From: Thermodesulfobacteriota bacterium
GTDB lineage: Bacteria > Desulfobacterota > BSN033 > UBA1163
Length of the DNA: 64,000 bases
NCBI GenBank assembly: GCA_041947025.1
Contig: JBHGBJ010000006.1
Coordinates: 5,995-69,994 of the forward strand
Direction: 5' to 3'
Positions 51,005 to 60,867 of the stretch are shown here, piece by piece. The notes beneath the pieces were generated by a model. It was given only the letters and a program-made list of their open reading frames with translations. It had not been told where the DNA came from and ran no database searches. Position 1 is the first letter of the stretch, and every line of letters starts with the position of its first letter. A program made the position numbers and the translations under genes.

Positions 51005-52231
51005 GTGAGTAAGAAAGATCCGTATGTGGTCGGATTGGACATCGGGACCACAAAAATCTGCACTGTGGTTGGCGAAGTGGAAAACGGCCAGTGCGACATC
51101 ATCGGTCTTGGGACCCATCCTTCAAAGGGGCTGCGAAAGGGCGTGGTCGTCAATATCGAGAGCACGGTCCAATCGATCAAGAAGGCGATCGAAGAAGCGG
51201 AGCTAATGGCAGGGTGTCACATCACCTCCGTCTATGCAGGGATCGCCGGCGGACATATCAAGGGGATTAACAGCCATGGAGTGATCGCAGTTAAGAATCG
51301 AGAAATCGGTCCCAACGAAGTGAAGCGGGTGATCGATGCTGCGAGCGCCGTTGCCATTCCCATGGATCGCGAGGTCATCCATATCATCCCTCAGGAATTC
51401 ATCGTGGATGATCAGGACGGAATCAAGGATCCCGTGGGAATGTCAGGGGTCAGATTGGAGGGAAGGGTCCACATTGTCACGGGCGCGATTACCTCTGCCC
51501 AAAACATCGTCAAATGTGCGAATCGGGCAGGGCTGGATGTGGATGACATTGTTTTGGAACAATTGGGCTCGAGCGAAGCGGTCTTGACTCCCGAAGAGAG
51601 GGACTTGGGAGCGGCCATCATCGACATCGGAGGGGGGACGACGGACCTGATCATCTTTTCCAATGGCTCGATCAAACACACGTCTGTCTTCTCCTTAGCC
51701 GGGAACCACGTTACGAGCGATATCTCGATGGGGCTTCGGACACCCCTGGAGGAGGCGGAGAAGATCAAGATACGCTATGGATGTGCACTCACCTCACTGG
51801 TCCGAAAGGACGAGACGATCGAGGTTCCCAGTGTTGGAGGAAGGGGCCCTCGCGTCCTATCCAGACAGACCCTGGCAGAGATCGTTGAACCCCGGGTCGA
51901 GGAGATCCTGACCTTGGTGCACAACGAGGTGCAAAGGATGGGATACGGGAATCTGATTGCCTCCGGCATCATCCTCACCGGCGGAAGCGTCATCATGGAA
52001 GGCGTGCCTGAGTTGGCCGAACAGATTTTTAACGTCCCTGTCCGAAGGGGGACCCCGATCGGTATCGGGGGGCTGGTCGATTTAGTCAATAGCCCCATTT
52101 ATGCGACAGGGGTGGGCCTGGTCCTCTACGGAAGCAAGAGCAAGGCGCAGAGTCGTTTTAAGGTGGGACAGGGAAACATCTTCACCAAGGTCACCCACCG
52201 GATGAAAGAATGGATCGGTGAATTTTTTTAA
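51005..52231 (+). CDS. ftsA: cell division protein FtsA
   Basis: GTG start after GGAGGAGGTGA; VVGLDIGTTKICTVVGEV... actin-like ATPase, 408 aa. Confidence 0.9.
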   Translation: MSKKDPYVVGLDIGTTKICTVVGEVENGQCDIIGLGTHPSKGLRKGVVVNIESTVQSIKKAIEEAELMAGCHITSVYAGIAGGHIKGINSHGVIAVKNREIGPNEVKRVIDAASAVAIPMDREVIHIIPQEFIVDDQDGIKDPVGMSGVRLEGRVHIVTGAITSAQNIVKCANRAGLDVDDIVLEQLGSSEAVLTPEERDLGAAIIDIGGGTTDLIIFSNGSIKHTSVFSLAGNHVTSDISMGLRTPLEEAEKIKIRYGCALTSLVRKDETIEVPSVGGRGPRVLSRQTLAEIVEPRVEEILTLVHNEVQRMGYGNLIASGIILTGGSVIMEGVPELAEQIFNVPVRRGTPIGIGGLVDLVNSPIYATGVGLVLYGSKSKAQSRFKVGQGNIFTKVTHRMKEWIGEFF

Positions 52232-52338
52232 AAAACAAACGTTCGACGTTAGGATCGTTTAGATGGTTTTGATGGTTTAACAGGATATACGATCTAAACA
52301 AACCAAACGAACTAAACTTTTTCAAGGAGGAGGGTCAT

Positions 52339-53502
52339 ATGATCGAATTCGACGAGAACAAGAATTTGGCCGCCAAGGTCAAGATCATCGGTATCGGAGG
52401 AGGAGGGAATAACGCTCTGAATACGATGATTTCGAGTAACCTCTCTGGAGTCGAGTTCATTGCGGCCAATACCGATGCTCAGGCGCTGGCGGCAAACCTG
52501 GCTCCCATCAAACTGCAGTTAGGAGCCTCACTGACAAAAGGATTGGGAGCCGGGGCCAATCCTGAGGTGGGGAGGAAGGCCGCCCTGGAGGATGTGGAGA
52601 AGATTCGGGAGGTCCTGATGGGCGCGGACATGGTCTTCATCACGGCCGGATTAGGAGGCGGAACAGGCACGGGCGGAGGACCGGTGATCGCCGAAGTGGC
52701 TCGAGAGATGGGTGCCCTTACGGTCGCCATCGTGACCAAGCCTTTCCACTTTGAAGGAAAGAAACGGATGAAACAGGCAGACGAGGGGTTGTCCAATCTG
52801 AAGATGACCGCAGATGCCCTGATCACCATTCCGAATCAACGGCTTCTGAGCGTCAGCGGAAAGACCATGACCTTGCTGGAGGCCTTTAAGAAGGCGGATG
52901 AGATTCTCTATCATGCAGCCAAAGGGATCTCGGACATCATCGTCGGCCATGGGATCATCAATCTGGACTTTGCGGATGTCCGGACCGTCATGGCTGAAAC
53001 GGGTATGGCGTTGATGGGAACGGGGATCGCTGCCGGTGAAAACCGGTCGGTGGAGGCGGCCCAAAGAGCGATATCGAGCCCCCTCTTGGAAGATATCACC
53101 ATCGAAGGGGCCCGGGGCCTTCTCATTAACATTACCGGAGGCCAGAGCATGACGCTCAATGAGATCAATGAAGCCACCACCCTCATCCAAAAGGAAGCCC
53201 ATGAGGAAGCCAATATCATATGGGGTATGGTGATCGACGAAATGATGACAGAGGAGATCCGGGTTACAGTGATCGCGACAGGATTCGGAAAGGCAGAGGA
53301 GAAGAGTGCGTCGCGGTTCAAGAAAGTGGCACCGATTTCCTTCAGCGTGAGAGAGAATAAAGACGTCCCCACCTTCATGAGGAAGGTGAAGGTCAATGAG
53401 CGATTTGACGAGTTGAAATTGAAAGAGCCACTCCCGGAATTCACAATGGAGGATGAAGATCGTTTCGACATTCCAACGTTTCTAAGGAAACAGGCCGACT
53501 GA
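52339..53502 (+). CDS. ftsZ: cell division GTPase FtsZ
   Basis: KIIGIGGGGNNALN, GGGTGTG tubulin signature, conserved C-terminal peptide DIPTFLRK. Confidence 0.95.
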   Translation: MIEFDENKNLAAKVKIIGIGGGGNNALNTMISSNLSGVEFIAANTDAQALAANLAPIKLQLGASLTKGLGAGANPEVGRKAALEDVEKIREVLMGADMVFITAGLGGGTGTGGGPVIAEVAREMGALTVAIVTKPFHFEGKKRMKQADEGLSNLKMTADALITIPNQRLLSVSGKTMTLLEAFKKADEILYHAAKGISDIIVGHGIINLDFADVRTVMAETGMALMGTGIAAGENRSVEAAQRAISSPLLEDITIEGARGLLINITGGQSMTLNEINEATTLIQKEAHEEANIIWGMVIDEMMTEEIRVTVIATGFGKAEEKSASRFKKVAPISFSVRENKDVPTFMRKVKVNERFDELKLKEPLPEFTMEDEDRFDIPTFLRKQAD

Positions 53503-53645
53503 AAGAGCAAGTAATCAGTGGAGTGTGGTCAGCGATCAGCAAGAAACAGTAAGATTATCTACGAGGAGTGAAATTTGTTATAATGGATCGTAGATCTCTT
53601 TTGACAACCGGGAACTGATTACTGACAACTGCTTACTGATAACTT

Positions 53646-55355
53646 ATGACTTCCTGGAAACTGATTCAGAAGGCCAAACGCATTCTCGAGAAAGAGAGAG
53701 GAGCTGTTCAAAAACCCTGGGGCGGGAAAAAAACAATATGTCTTATCTACCCCAACACCTACCATGTGGGAATGTCCAACCTGGGATTTCAGACCGTTTA
53801 TCGACGTCTGAACTCGGAAGACGATATCGTCTGTGAAAGAGCCTTCCTTCTCGATCCCGATGACCTTCGAGAGTATCACAATACCCAGACCCCTCTTTTT
53901 TCACTGGAGTCCCAGAAGCCTCTTTCTGACTTTGATATCTTAGCCTTCTCGATCTCCTTTGAGAACGATTTTCCGAACATTCTCACCCTATTAGACTTAG
54001 CCCACATCCCAATCGAGAGCCGGCTTCGTGAGGAAGCTCACCCGCTGGTGATTGGAGGAGGCGTTGCGACCTTCATAAACCCGGAGCCGATCAGCGAATT
54101 TTTTGACCTCTTTGTCATCGGCGAAGGTGAGGAGGTGATCGGGGAATTCTTAGAGATCTACCGTAACTCCTATTCAGATATTGGGAAAAGAGGGAAGGGC
54201 GCTTTCTTGAGAAAGGTGGGAAAGTTGGAAGGGATTTATGTTCCGAAGTCTTATCATGTGACTTACACCGAGGATGGAAAGATTGAGGCGATGACCCCCG
54301 AAACAGGATTTCCCGGACGGGTCAAGAGGAGGTGGGTTAAGGAGATCGATCGATTTCCAACCCGTTCCATTCTCTTCACCCGGGAGACCGAGTTTAAGGA
54401 GATGGCCTTGGTTGAAGTGAACCGGGGCTGTCCCCGAGGGTGCCGCTTCTGTGCAGCCTGCTTTGTCTACCATCCTTTTCGAAACAGAAGCCTTTCCTTC
54501 CTTGAGAATTTGTCAAAAGAGGGTCTGTCCGAGGAAGACCGAATCGGCCTGACCGGAACAGCAGTGTCCGACTATCCCAATCTTCTCCCCTTATGTCAGG
54601 CCATTCTTTCCCGGGAGGGAAGGATCTCTCTTTCTTCCTTAAGGGTGGATGCCATCACTCCTTCTTTGGTTCAATGTCTGAAAGGGGGCGGGGATCGGAC
54701 CGTGGCGATTGCGCCTGAAGCAGGCTCTGAAAGGCTTCGAAAAGTATTGAAGAAGCCTTATACGGATGAGGAGGTATTGAAAGCGGTCGATACATTGACT
54801 GAGAATGGTCTCTGTCAAATCAAATGCTATTTTCTTATCGGTCTTCCGTCTGAAACCGATGAAGATGTGAGAGCCATTCCCGCTCTTGTCAAAAAGATTC
54901 GTCATCGGATTGTCTCAAATCGAAAGAAGGAGCAGAATCGATGGAAGCTGGTCGTGAGTGTCAATCCCTTTATCCCCAAGCCTGCCACTCCTTTTCAATG
55001 GGCTCCCCTGGAGGATGTGGCTCAATTGAAGAGAAAGTTGAAGGTCATTCAGAGGGAGCTTAAAGGTGAGAAGGGGATAGAGATGATCCACGATCTTCCC
55101 AAATGGGCCTACATTCAGGCTTTGCTTTCAAGGGGAGATCGGAAGGTTGCAAAAATATTGATCGCAACTCATCATTACGAAGGGGATTGGGGCCGGGCCC
55201 TCCGGGAGACGAATATCAACCCTGACTTTTATGTCAATCGAAAGAGGGACCTGAATGAAGTCTTCCCCTGGGATTTCATCGACCATGGAATTTCCAAAGA
55301 AAGGTTGAAGCAAGAGTACCTCAAGGCGATGGAAGAAGCAGGAGTGACCCGATGA
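53646..55355 (+). CDS. B12-binding-domain radical SAM protein
   Basis: 569 aa; N-terminal cobalamin-binding-like domain, radical SAM Cys triad (CPRGCRFCAAC). Confidence 0.75.
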   Translation: MTSWKLIQKAKRILEKERGAVQKPWGGKKTICLIYPNTYHVGMSNLGFQTVYRRLNSEDDIVCERAFLLDPDDLREYHNTQTPLFSLESQKPLSDFDILAFSISFENDFPNILTLLDLAHIPIESRLREEAHPLVIGGGVATFINPEPISEFFDLFVIGEGEEVIGEFLEIYRNSYSDIGKRGKGAFLRKVGKLEGIYVPKSYHVTYTEDGKIEAMTPETGFPGRVKRRWVKEIDRFPTRSILFTRETEFKEMALVEVNRGCPRGCRFCAACFVYHPFRNRSLSFLENLSKEGLSEEDRIGLTGTAVSDYPNLLPLCQAILSREGRISLSSLRVDAITPSLVQCLKGGGDRTVAIAPEAGSERLRKVLKKPYTDEEVLKAVDTLTENGLCQIKCYFLIGLPSETDEDVRAIPALVKKIRHRIVSNRKKEQNRWKLVVSVNPFIPKPATPFQWAPLEDVAQLKRKLKVIQRELKGEKGIEMIHDLPKWAYIQALLSRGDRKVAKILIATHHYEGDWGRALRETNINPDFYVNRKRDLNEVFPWDFIDHGISKERLKQEYLKAMEEAGVTR

Positions 55356-55365
55356 CGGGAGCTCA

Positions 55366-55449
55366 AGGCTGAAAGCTCCCGCCTACGCTGAAGCTGCGGC
55401 GGGCAGGCAAAGCTGAAAGCTCCTGCCTGTCCGGTAGGCAGGGGGGATG
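55366..55449. repeat. tandem pair of REP-like palindromic elements
   Basis: ggctgaaagctcccgcctacgctgaagctgcggcgggcaggcaaa + gctgaaagctcctgcctgtccggtaggcaggggggatga. Confidence 0.6.
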
Positions 55450-55492
55450 AAGGGGGATTTGAGACGGATCACAAACACGAAAGGAGTTGGAA

Positions 55493-56200
55493 ATGAAAAT
55501 CGAAAAAGTATCTTTTCAAAGTGAAGGTCAGAAGGTTGCAGGCGTTTTGCATCTTCCTGATGTTTGGAGTCGTGCGTGTGTGATCGCCTCTCATGGCCTT
55601 CTTTCGAGCAAGGATAGCGAGAAGTATATTGCCCTGGGTGCCCGGCTTTCCGAGGAAGGGTTTTCGATGCTTCGCTTCGATTTCAGAGGAATCGGCGAAA
55701 GTGAGGGAAGGGTCCAAGACGATACGGTCAGCAGAAGAATTACCGATTTAGGATCGGCGGTCGATTATGTGAGGTCACGGCCTGGTCTTGGAAATCGGGT
55801 GGGTCTTGTGGGATCGAGTCTTGGGGGCTATGTCTCTCTGATCAAAGCCTCGGCGGATAAAGAGATCAGAGCCACAGTGACCTGGGCCACCCCTTTTCAC
55901 CTGGATGATCTCAAGTCAAACCAAGGGACCGGGGGCTACGAACTGCCCGCAGAGCCATTCTTTGAGGATCTTCCGAAGCATCGGCTCCTTCCTCTGCTTC
56001 CGAAAGTCTCAAATTGCATGGTCATTCACGGAGAGGAAGATGAGCTTGTGCCCGTAGATCAGGCCTGGGAAATCTTCCATAGCGTGACTGAGCCCAAGGA
56101 GATTCATATCCTTGAGGGCGCTGACCATCGTTTAACGGATCCCAAACATCGCCAACGGGCCATGGAACTGACAGCGGAATGGTTTAAGAAATATATGTGA
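55493..56200 (+). CDS. alpha/beta-hydrolase (dienelactone hydrolase/BAAT-like)
   Basis: Start ATG 55493 after AAGGAG; nucleophile elbow GSSLGG, C-terminal His (EGADHRL). Confidence 0.65.
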   Translation: MKIEKVSFQSEGQKVAGVLHLPDVWSRACVIASHGLLSSKDSEKYIALGARLSEEGFSMLRFDFRGIGESEGRVQDDTVSRRITDLGSAVDYVRSRPGLGNRVGLVGSSLGGYVSLIKASADKEIRATVTWATPFHLDDLKSNQGTGGYELPAEPFFEDLPKHRLLPLLPKVSNCMVIHGEEDELVPVDQAWEIFHSVTEPKEIHILEGADHRLTDPKHRQRAMELTAEWFKKYM

Positions 56201-56325
56201 AGTTTAGCGAAATGATCTCGGATATCTTGTCTTTCTCAATACGAGTTGAATCCGACCGGACTTGAACTGTCATAGTTCAGTTTGCCAAAGTTGCCTTCAT
56301 TCTCCCTTCCAGTTACCATAATATC

Positions 56326-57366
56326 ATGGATAGCATTACCCATACGCTGACGGGTGTGGTTGTTGCGAAGGCCATAAAGGATGAGAAGGTCGGGAATTGG
56401 GGGACGGTTGCTGGTTTGACGATGGGATTCTTTCCCGATACCGATTTTGTCCTTGGCCTTTTCAACCGTCAATTCTATCTCCAGTATCACCGGGATTTCA
56501 CGCATTCCTTGTTATTAATCCCTTTCTATGCACTTTTTTTCAGTTGGCTCTTTGTTAAAATTTCAAGGCGGCCCTTTTTCTGGAGTTTTTATAAGATCTG
56601 TCTCTCCGTTCTGGTCAGTCACGTCATCCTCGACCTTCTCACCTCTTATGGGACGATGATTCTTTCCCCTCTTTCCGACCACCGGTTTTCATGGGATCTT
56701 GTTTTTATCGTCGATCTGATCTTCTCCGGAATCATCGTTTTCCCATTGTTGATTAGTCTTTTCCTAAGAAGAAAAGCTCCCTGGATCTGCCGTGGCTCCT
56801 TGATAGGAATTTCGCTTTATATCTTTTTCACCTGGATACTGCACCATCAGGCCATTCATCTCGCAAAGACCTTCGCACACAATTTGGACCAAGAAGTCAT
56901 TCAAGTGGCTTCCTTGCCTCAACCCATATCCCCTTTTCGATGGGCCAACTATGTCGAGACCAAGGACAAGATCTACCAAGGGGTTGTCGATCTCAAAGGG
57001 GAATACTCTCAACTTCTCGGAACGCTGACATTGCCTCTCTCCAAACTTCCTTTTTTCAAGAGATATGAAAGGTATAGACGATTGGATGATCTCCTTCAGC
57101 CTCCTGAAAAACTTGTGTATCGGTCCTGGCAAAGATCCGACGGGTCTCCCTGGGTGAAAAAGGCACTGGCTACGAATGGCGTGAAATTTTATTACTGGTT
57201 TGCCCGCTTTCCAGTGGTGATGTCAGTGGAATCCGGAGATGGAAGGCACCGGGTGGAGTTTACAGACGTCCGTTTTTTCTTTCCGAACGTTCGCGTCCCA
57301 TTCGCATACTATGTGGAATTTGATGACTCGGGAAATATTCGCTCAGAAGGGTTTGCGGAGAATTAA
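56326..57366 (+). CDS. membrane-bound metal-dependent hydrolase (DUF457/YdjM-like) with C-terminal extension
   Basis: MDSITHTLTGVVVAKAI... N-terminal His-rich start typical of DUF457, 5-6 TM, ~150-aa soluble C-terminal domain. Confidence 0.5.
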   Translation: MDSITHTLTGVVVAKAIKDEKVGNWGTVAGLTMGFFPDTDFVLGLFNRQFYLQYHRDFTHSLLLIPFYALFFSWLFVKISRRPFFWSFYKICLSVLVSHVILDLLTSYGTMILSPLSDHRFSWDLVFIVDLIFSGIIVFPLLISLFLRRKAPWICRGSLIGISLYIFFTWILHHQAIHLAKTFAHNLDQEVIQVASLPQPISPFRWANYVETKDKIYQGVVDLKGEYSQLLGTLTLPLSKLPFFKRYERYRRLDDLLQPPEKLVYRSWQRSDGSPWVKKALATNGVKFYYWFARFPVVMSVESGDGRHRVEFTDVRFFFPNVRVPFAYYVEFDDSGNIRSEGFAEN

Positions 57367-57379
57367 ATAAAGTATTAGA

Positions 57380-58435
57380 TTAGCTGGTTGGTTTGATATT
57401 CTTTATCTTCCAGCCGCCAGGTTCTTTATTTAAAGTGACATCCAGAACCGTTTCACTCTGCTGGGTTGGGCCCCCTCCCTTTGAAGAGTACACAACAACC
57501 CATGCAACCTTGGCCCCAGCGGTATCGGCCGAAATCGAGTGCTCCCTCAGGGTGTAGGAAAGGTTGATATAGGTGAAATTCTCCCAATTCCTGAGCGTCT
57601 CTTTTTTCTTCCCTTCCCGGTCTTTAAAACCCGCCGAATAACACGACATGAATAGATCGATATTTTTTCTTAAATTTGCCTGACGAATGTTTTCTAAGAG
57701 GTTCTTTATGTTTTCGATCTCTTTATCATCGGATGCGGGTGTTTTAGGGACCACTGGAGCCGGAGGGGGAGAAGGAGGATGCGTTATCTTTGGTTCAGGA
57801 CGCGCCGCAGGTTCGGTGGGAGCGGCGGGACGAGAGGGGAGAGAACTGACCACTTTCTTAGGAATAGGCTTGCTTGGAGCAGACTTTTTGGGTGTAAAAT
57901 GAGAGTAGGCAGACCAGAGGAGGTACCCTCCGATGATGATCACAACAATAAAACCGATCTTCTGGTAGGTTAAGCTTGGAATCCTTATCTGAATCTTTTC
58001 GGAACGGCGGGGCTCCTTTCTTCTTTCTCCGGAAGATAGATCAGGAGAATCCGGTTCATCGGTTGAGGGTTCAGGGTGGCCCTTCTTCATCTCTTCCAAA
58101 AACTCTGGCTCAGGTTCTTCTCTCTTGACCCGTTTGACAGGTTCAGGCTCCCTCCTTGGAGGTGGCGGAGAAGAGCGCCGCTCAGGGGCGGCTTTAGGTT
58201 TAGGGGGAGGCGCAGTTGGGAATTTTTCCTCGAAGTCGAATAGATTTGATGTTTCGATCTCCACTTTTCCGGCTTTAGGCTCCTCGACAGGAGGAATTTC
58301 CTTATCGGTTTTAGGTTGGGGGAATGCCTCAAGTTCCTCTTTCTCGGAAGAAGTCTTTTCAACCAAAGAAGAACCGCATCGAATGCACTCGGTGCTCTTT
58401 TCGTAGAGTAGTTTACACTTTGGGCAGATTAACAA
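57380..58435 (-). CDS. zinc-ribbon / Pro-rich linker / single-TM / periplasmic NTF2-like (DUF4440-type) domain protein
   Basis: MLICPKCKLLYEKSTECIRCGSSL (4-Cys ribbon), ~140-aa P/E/K-rich linker, TM (IGFIVVIIIGGYLLWSAY), P/A-rich spacer, C-terminal ~110-aa domain (NIKNLLENIRQANLRKNIDLFMSCYSAGFKD...) paralogous to 60089..60847. Confidence 0.5.
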   Translation of the reverse strand: MLICPKCKLLYEKSTECIRCGSSLVEKTSSEKEELEAFPQPKTDKEIPPVEEPKAGKVEIETSNLFDFEEKFPTAPPPKPKAAPERRSSPPPPRREPEPVKRVKREEPEPEFLEEMKKGHPEPSTDEPDSPDLSSGERRKEPRRSEKIQIRIPSLTYQKIGFIVVIIIGGYLLWSAYSHFTPKKSAPSKPIPKKVVSSLPSRPAAPTEPAARPEPKITHPPSPPPAPVVPKTPASDDKEIENIKNLLENIRQANLRKNIDLFMSCYSAGFKDREGKKKETLRNWENFTYINLSYTLREHSISADTAGAKVAWVVVYSSKGGGPTQQSETVLDVTLNKEPGGWKIKNIKPTS

Positions 58436-58455
58436 TTTTTATCCCCCACAACAGA

Positions 58456-59385
58456 TCACATGGGATTTGGTTTTGCCGGAGTACTGGGAGGAGGGGAGTC
58501 ATCAGCCAATGTGGTTGCCTGCTTGCTCACCCATACTTCTTTTCCATCTTGCAGTCGAACGCGCAACCAATCCCCTCTTTCTTCAAGAAGTCCTAAGGAA
58601 GTCCCTTTCTTGATGCTGCCAACATTCCTGTAATTTGTTCCTGGCCCATCACGCAGATTTGCATAAGACCATACGATCTGAATGGAACGAAGAGCAGGCG
58701 TTGTCTTAACAACAGGATTTGCCGGAGGAACTGGAGTTGTTTCAGGTTGATCTGCCGGCAGTTTTGCTGACTCCTTCGGTGGTGTAGGCGGAGAAGACGG
58801 GACAGGAGCAGGTGAAGTTCGGTAGTATTCGGGAGGGGTTTTGGAGACAATCACCTTCACCGATTCTTCAATCACCATTTGTATCGCCTTCTCCAGAGGT
58901 GCGGCCTTTCCCTCCATATTCTGGGAGATAATCTTGCGGCCGGTCTTTATGTCGCTCACGCTCAACAGGAGCGCAATATGGGATGGGCTCTTTAGGAGGA
59001 GTCCTTTTCCCTGCTCGAATTGAGTGATGGTCCCTCCAATTAAGAGATGGGCGCCTTTCATCGATTGTTTTGAACCATTCCGGGACAACTGCATCTGGAT
59101 CGTAAAACGGTTGGTTGCCAGTAAGGCGTTACCTAACATCTCTGCCATGCTCTCTTCGGTCTGGCCACTATTCTTAACATTAGATGACTTATCAATGAAT
59201 TTCGTTATCACAACTTTTACTTTGGGCCCCTTATAGTCCTTCTTCTGGGGAGAGGGTTCCGACGAAGAGACAGTCTTGTCGGTGGGATGAATCACCTCTT
59301 TCACCGCTGCGCAACCGATCAATATAGGCAAGATCATAAGGAATACGATAACTTTAACGAATGAATTCTTTGGTCTGTACGTCAT
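58456..59385 (-). CDS. lipoprotein with CsgG/LpoB-like N-domain and C-terminal bacterial SH3 domain
   Basis: Lipobox (LILPILIGC), KVKVVITKFIDKSSNVKNSGQTEESMAEMLGNALLATNRFTIQ (CsgG/LpoB-like), Pro-rich linker, C-terminal SH3b-like (IQIVWSYANLRDGPGTNYRNVGSIKKGTSLGLLEERGDWLRVRLQDGKEVWV). Confidence 0.5.
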   Translation of the reverse strand: MTYRPKNSFVKVIVFLMILPILIGCAAVKEVIHPTDKTVSSSEPSPQKKDYKGPKVKVVITKFIDKSSNVKNSGQTEESMAEMLGNALLATNRFTIQMQLSRNGSKQSMKGAHLLIGGTITQFEQGKGLLLKSPSHIALLLSVSDIKTGRKIISQNMEGKAAPLEKAIQMVIEESVKVIVSKTPPEYYRTSPAPVPSSPPTPPKESAKLPADQPETTPVPPANPVVKTTPALRSIQIVWSYANLRDGPGTNYRNVGSIKKGTSLGLLEERGDWLRVRLQDGKEVWVSKQATTLADDSPPPSTPAKPNPM

Positions 59386-59630
59386 AGGGTTTCTCTTCTT
59401 TCTTTATCGTGACCAAAGAAAAAGAAGCAAAAGTAGTGCCAAAATTTGACAAACCTTTAATTGTTTGGATTTATTTAGTTTTTAGTGAAATGCAGAATTC
59501 GATGCTGCCTTCCATGTTAGGAAAATGGTCCTTTCCTATGACAATTTGGGTAACCGAAGGAATCTCACTCACATTTCTGTCACTGAGAATTGAGGACGGT
59601 TCTGCTCATTCGAGATCGAAGGATGTCCGC

Positions 59631-60068
59631 TCAGATATTCCATTGAATTCCCTCTCTTGATTCGGGCCTTTTTGCTATTTCTGCCATATGATGGGCAATA
59701 CGCAAAATCACAGTGAACATTTCCAGTAGGAGCCTGCTGTAAAGGAGGGTTAAAAGAAATATGAGCGGGGCAACGAGGACGAGGGTAAGAATCCCTAGGC
59801 CTTTTGAGACATTGAATCCGAGGGCGACGCAGAGAAATGAAAGGAGTCCGGCATAGAGAATCGATAAACCGTAAATGAATTTGATCATTTTTGAAGCCAA
59901 ACCCTTGCTGAATGAGAGATCAAAGAGGTTTTGAAGAAAACCGGCCTTCTTCAATAGCCGCACGGCCAAAGATTTCTTCTTGATTGCGGTCTCTGTCAGA
60001 GATTCACCACACTGGATGCAAAGCTTCTTATCGTCTTCATTTAACGTGCCGCAATTCGTGCAATACAT
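59631..60068 (-). CDS. zinc-ribbon domain fused to small two/three-TM membrane domain
   Basis: MYCTNCGTLNEDDKKLCIQCGESL ribbon then hydrophobic segments (ILYAGLLSFLCVALGF, ILTLVLVAPLIFLLTLLY). Confidence 0.45.
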   Translation of the reverse strand: MYCTNCGTLNEDDKKLCIQCGESLTETAIKKKSLAVRLLKKAGFLQNLFDLSFSKGLASKMIKFIYGLSILYAGLLSFLCVALGFNVSKGLGILTLVLVAPLIFLLTLLYSRLLLEMFTVILRIAHHMAEIAKRPESREGIQWNI

Positions 60069-60088
60069 AAATGTCCTCCTCTAAACGC

Positions 60089-60847
60089 TCAACTTATGGG
60101 TTGGATATCTTTGATCTTCCAGTCCTCTCCTTCTTTCTTCAGTACGACATCCAAAACGGTTCTGTTGTCTTGCGGTTTTCCAGATCCTTTTTGAGAAATC
60201 TTCATCCGCCACTCCACCCTGATATGGGCGGAATCTCCTGATATGGCCTGTTCCTTCAAATCATAGGCAAGGTCGAGGTAATCAAACTTTTTCCAGTTTT
60301 CAAGGGTATCGAGCTTCTTCTTGTCCCTATCCTTAAAATCAAGAGTGTAACAGGACATAAAGAGATCGATGTTCTTCTTGAGATTTGCTTCCCGGATCCT
60401 TTCGAGAAGGGATTGTATCTTTTCAGTTTCTTTGGCTTCAAGCACCGGACCCGGGTTCGGTAAGGAAGGTGCCTCGGACTGGCGGGTTTGATCGTGGTTT
60501 TGCCAAAAGAAGTACCCGCCCACAATCACCAGGAGAATGGCCACGCTTGCCATGGCCCAAGGGAAGAGACGAGTTCTGAGAGGTTTTCTCCCGAATGATC
60601 GAAGAGCGGGTTGGGATGGAGCCTCCCGATCCAATAGGGAGCCACATTTTCTACAGTATCTTCCTACCCCGTAAGACTCTTGGCACCGTGGACAGAATAA
60701 GTTCCCTCCTTTCTTTCCCGATCGGGTTGATTCCGTTATGGGAAGCTCAAAAGTGGACCCCTCTTCACTCAAGAGGAAGCTTCCGCACTTTCTGCAAAAC
60801 TTTTTTCCTTCCTCGTATTCGATATTGCATTTCGGACAGACAAGCAT
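60089..60847 (-). CDS. double zinc-ribbon / single-TM / periplasmic NTF2-like domain protein (paralog of 57380..58435)
   Basis: Two CxxC...CxxCG ribbons (CPKCNIEYEEGKKFCRKCG; CPRCQESYGVGRYCRKCG), TM ([18 protein letters not shown]), C-terminal domain IQSLLERIREANLKKNIDLFMSCYTLDFKD... closely similar to the other paralog. Confidence 0.5.
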   Translation of the reverse strand: MLVCPKCNIEYEEGKKFCRKCGSFLLSEEGSTFELPITESTRSGKKGGNLFCPRCQESYGVGRYCRKCGSLLDREAPSQPALRSFGRKPLRTRLFPWAMASVAILLVIVGGYFFWQNHDQTRQSEAPSLPNPGPVLEAKETEKIQSLLERIREANLKKNIDLFMSCYTLDFKDRDKKKLDTLENWKKFDYLDLAYDLKEQAISGDSAHIRVEWRMKISQKGSGKPQDNRTVLDVVLKKEGEDWKIKDIQPIS

Positions 60848-60867
60848 CTTTTACCCCTTCCAGCCAG

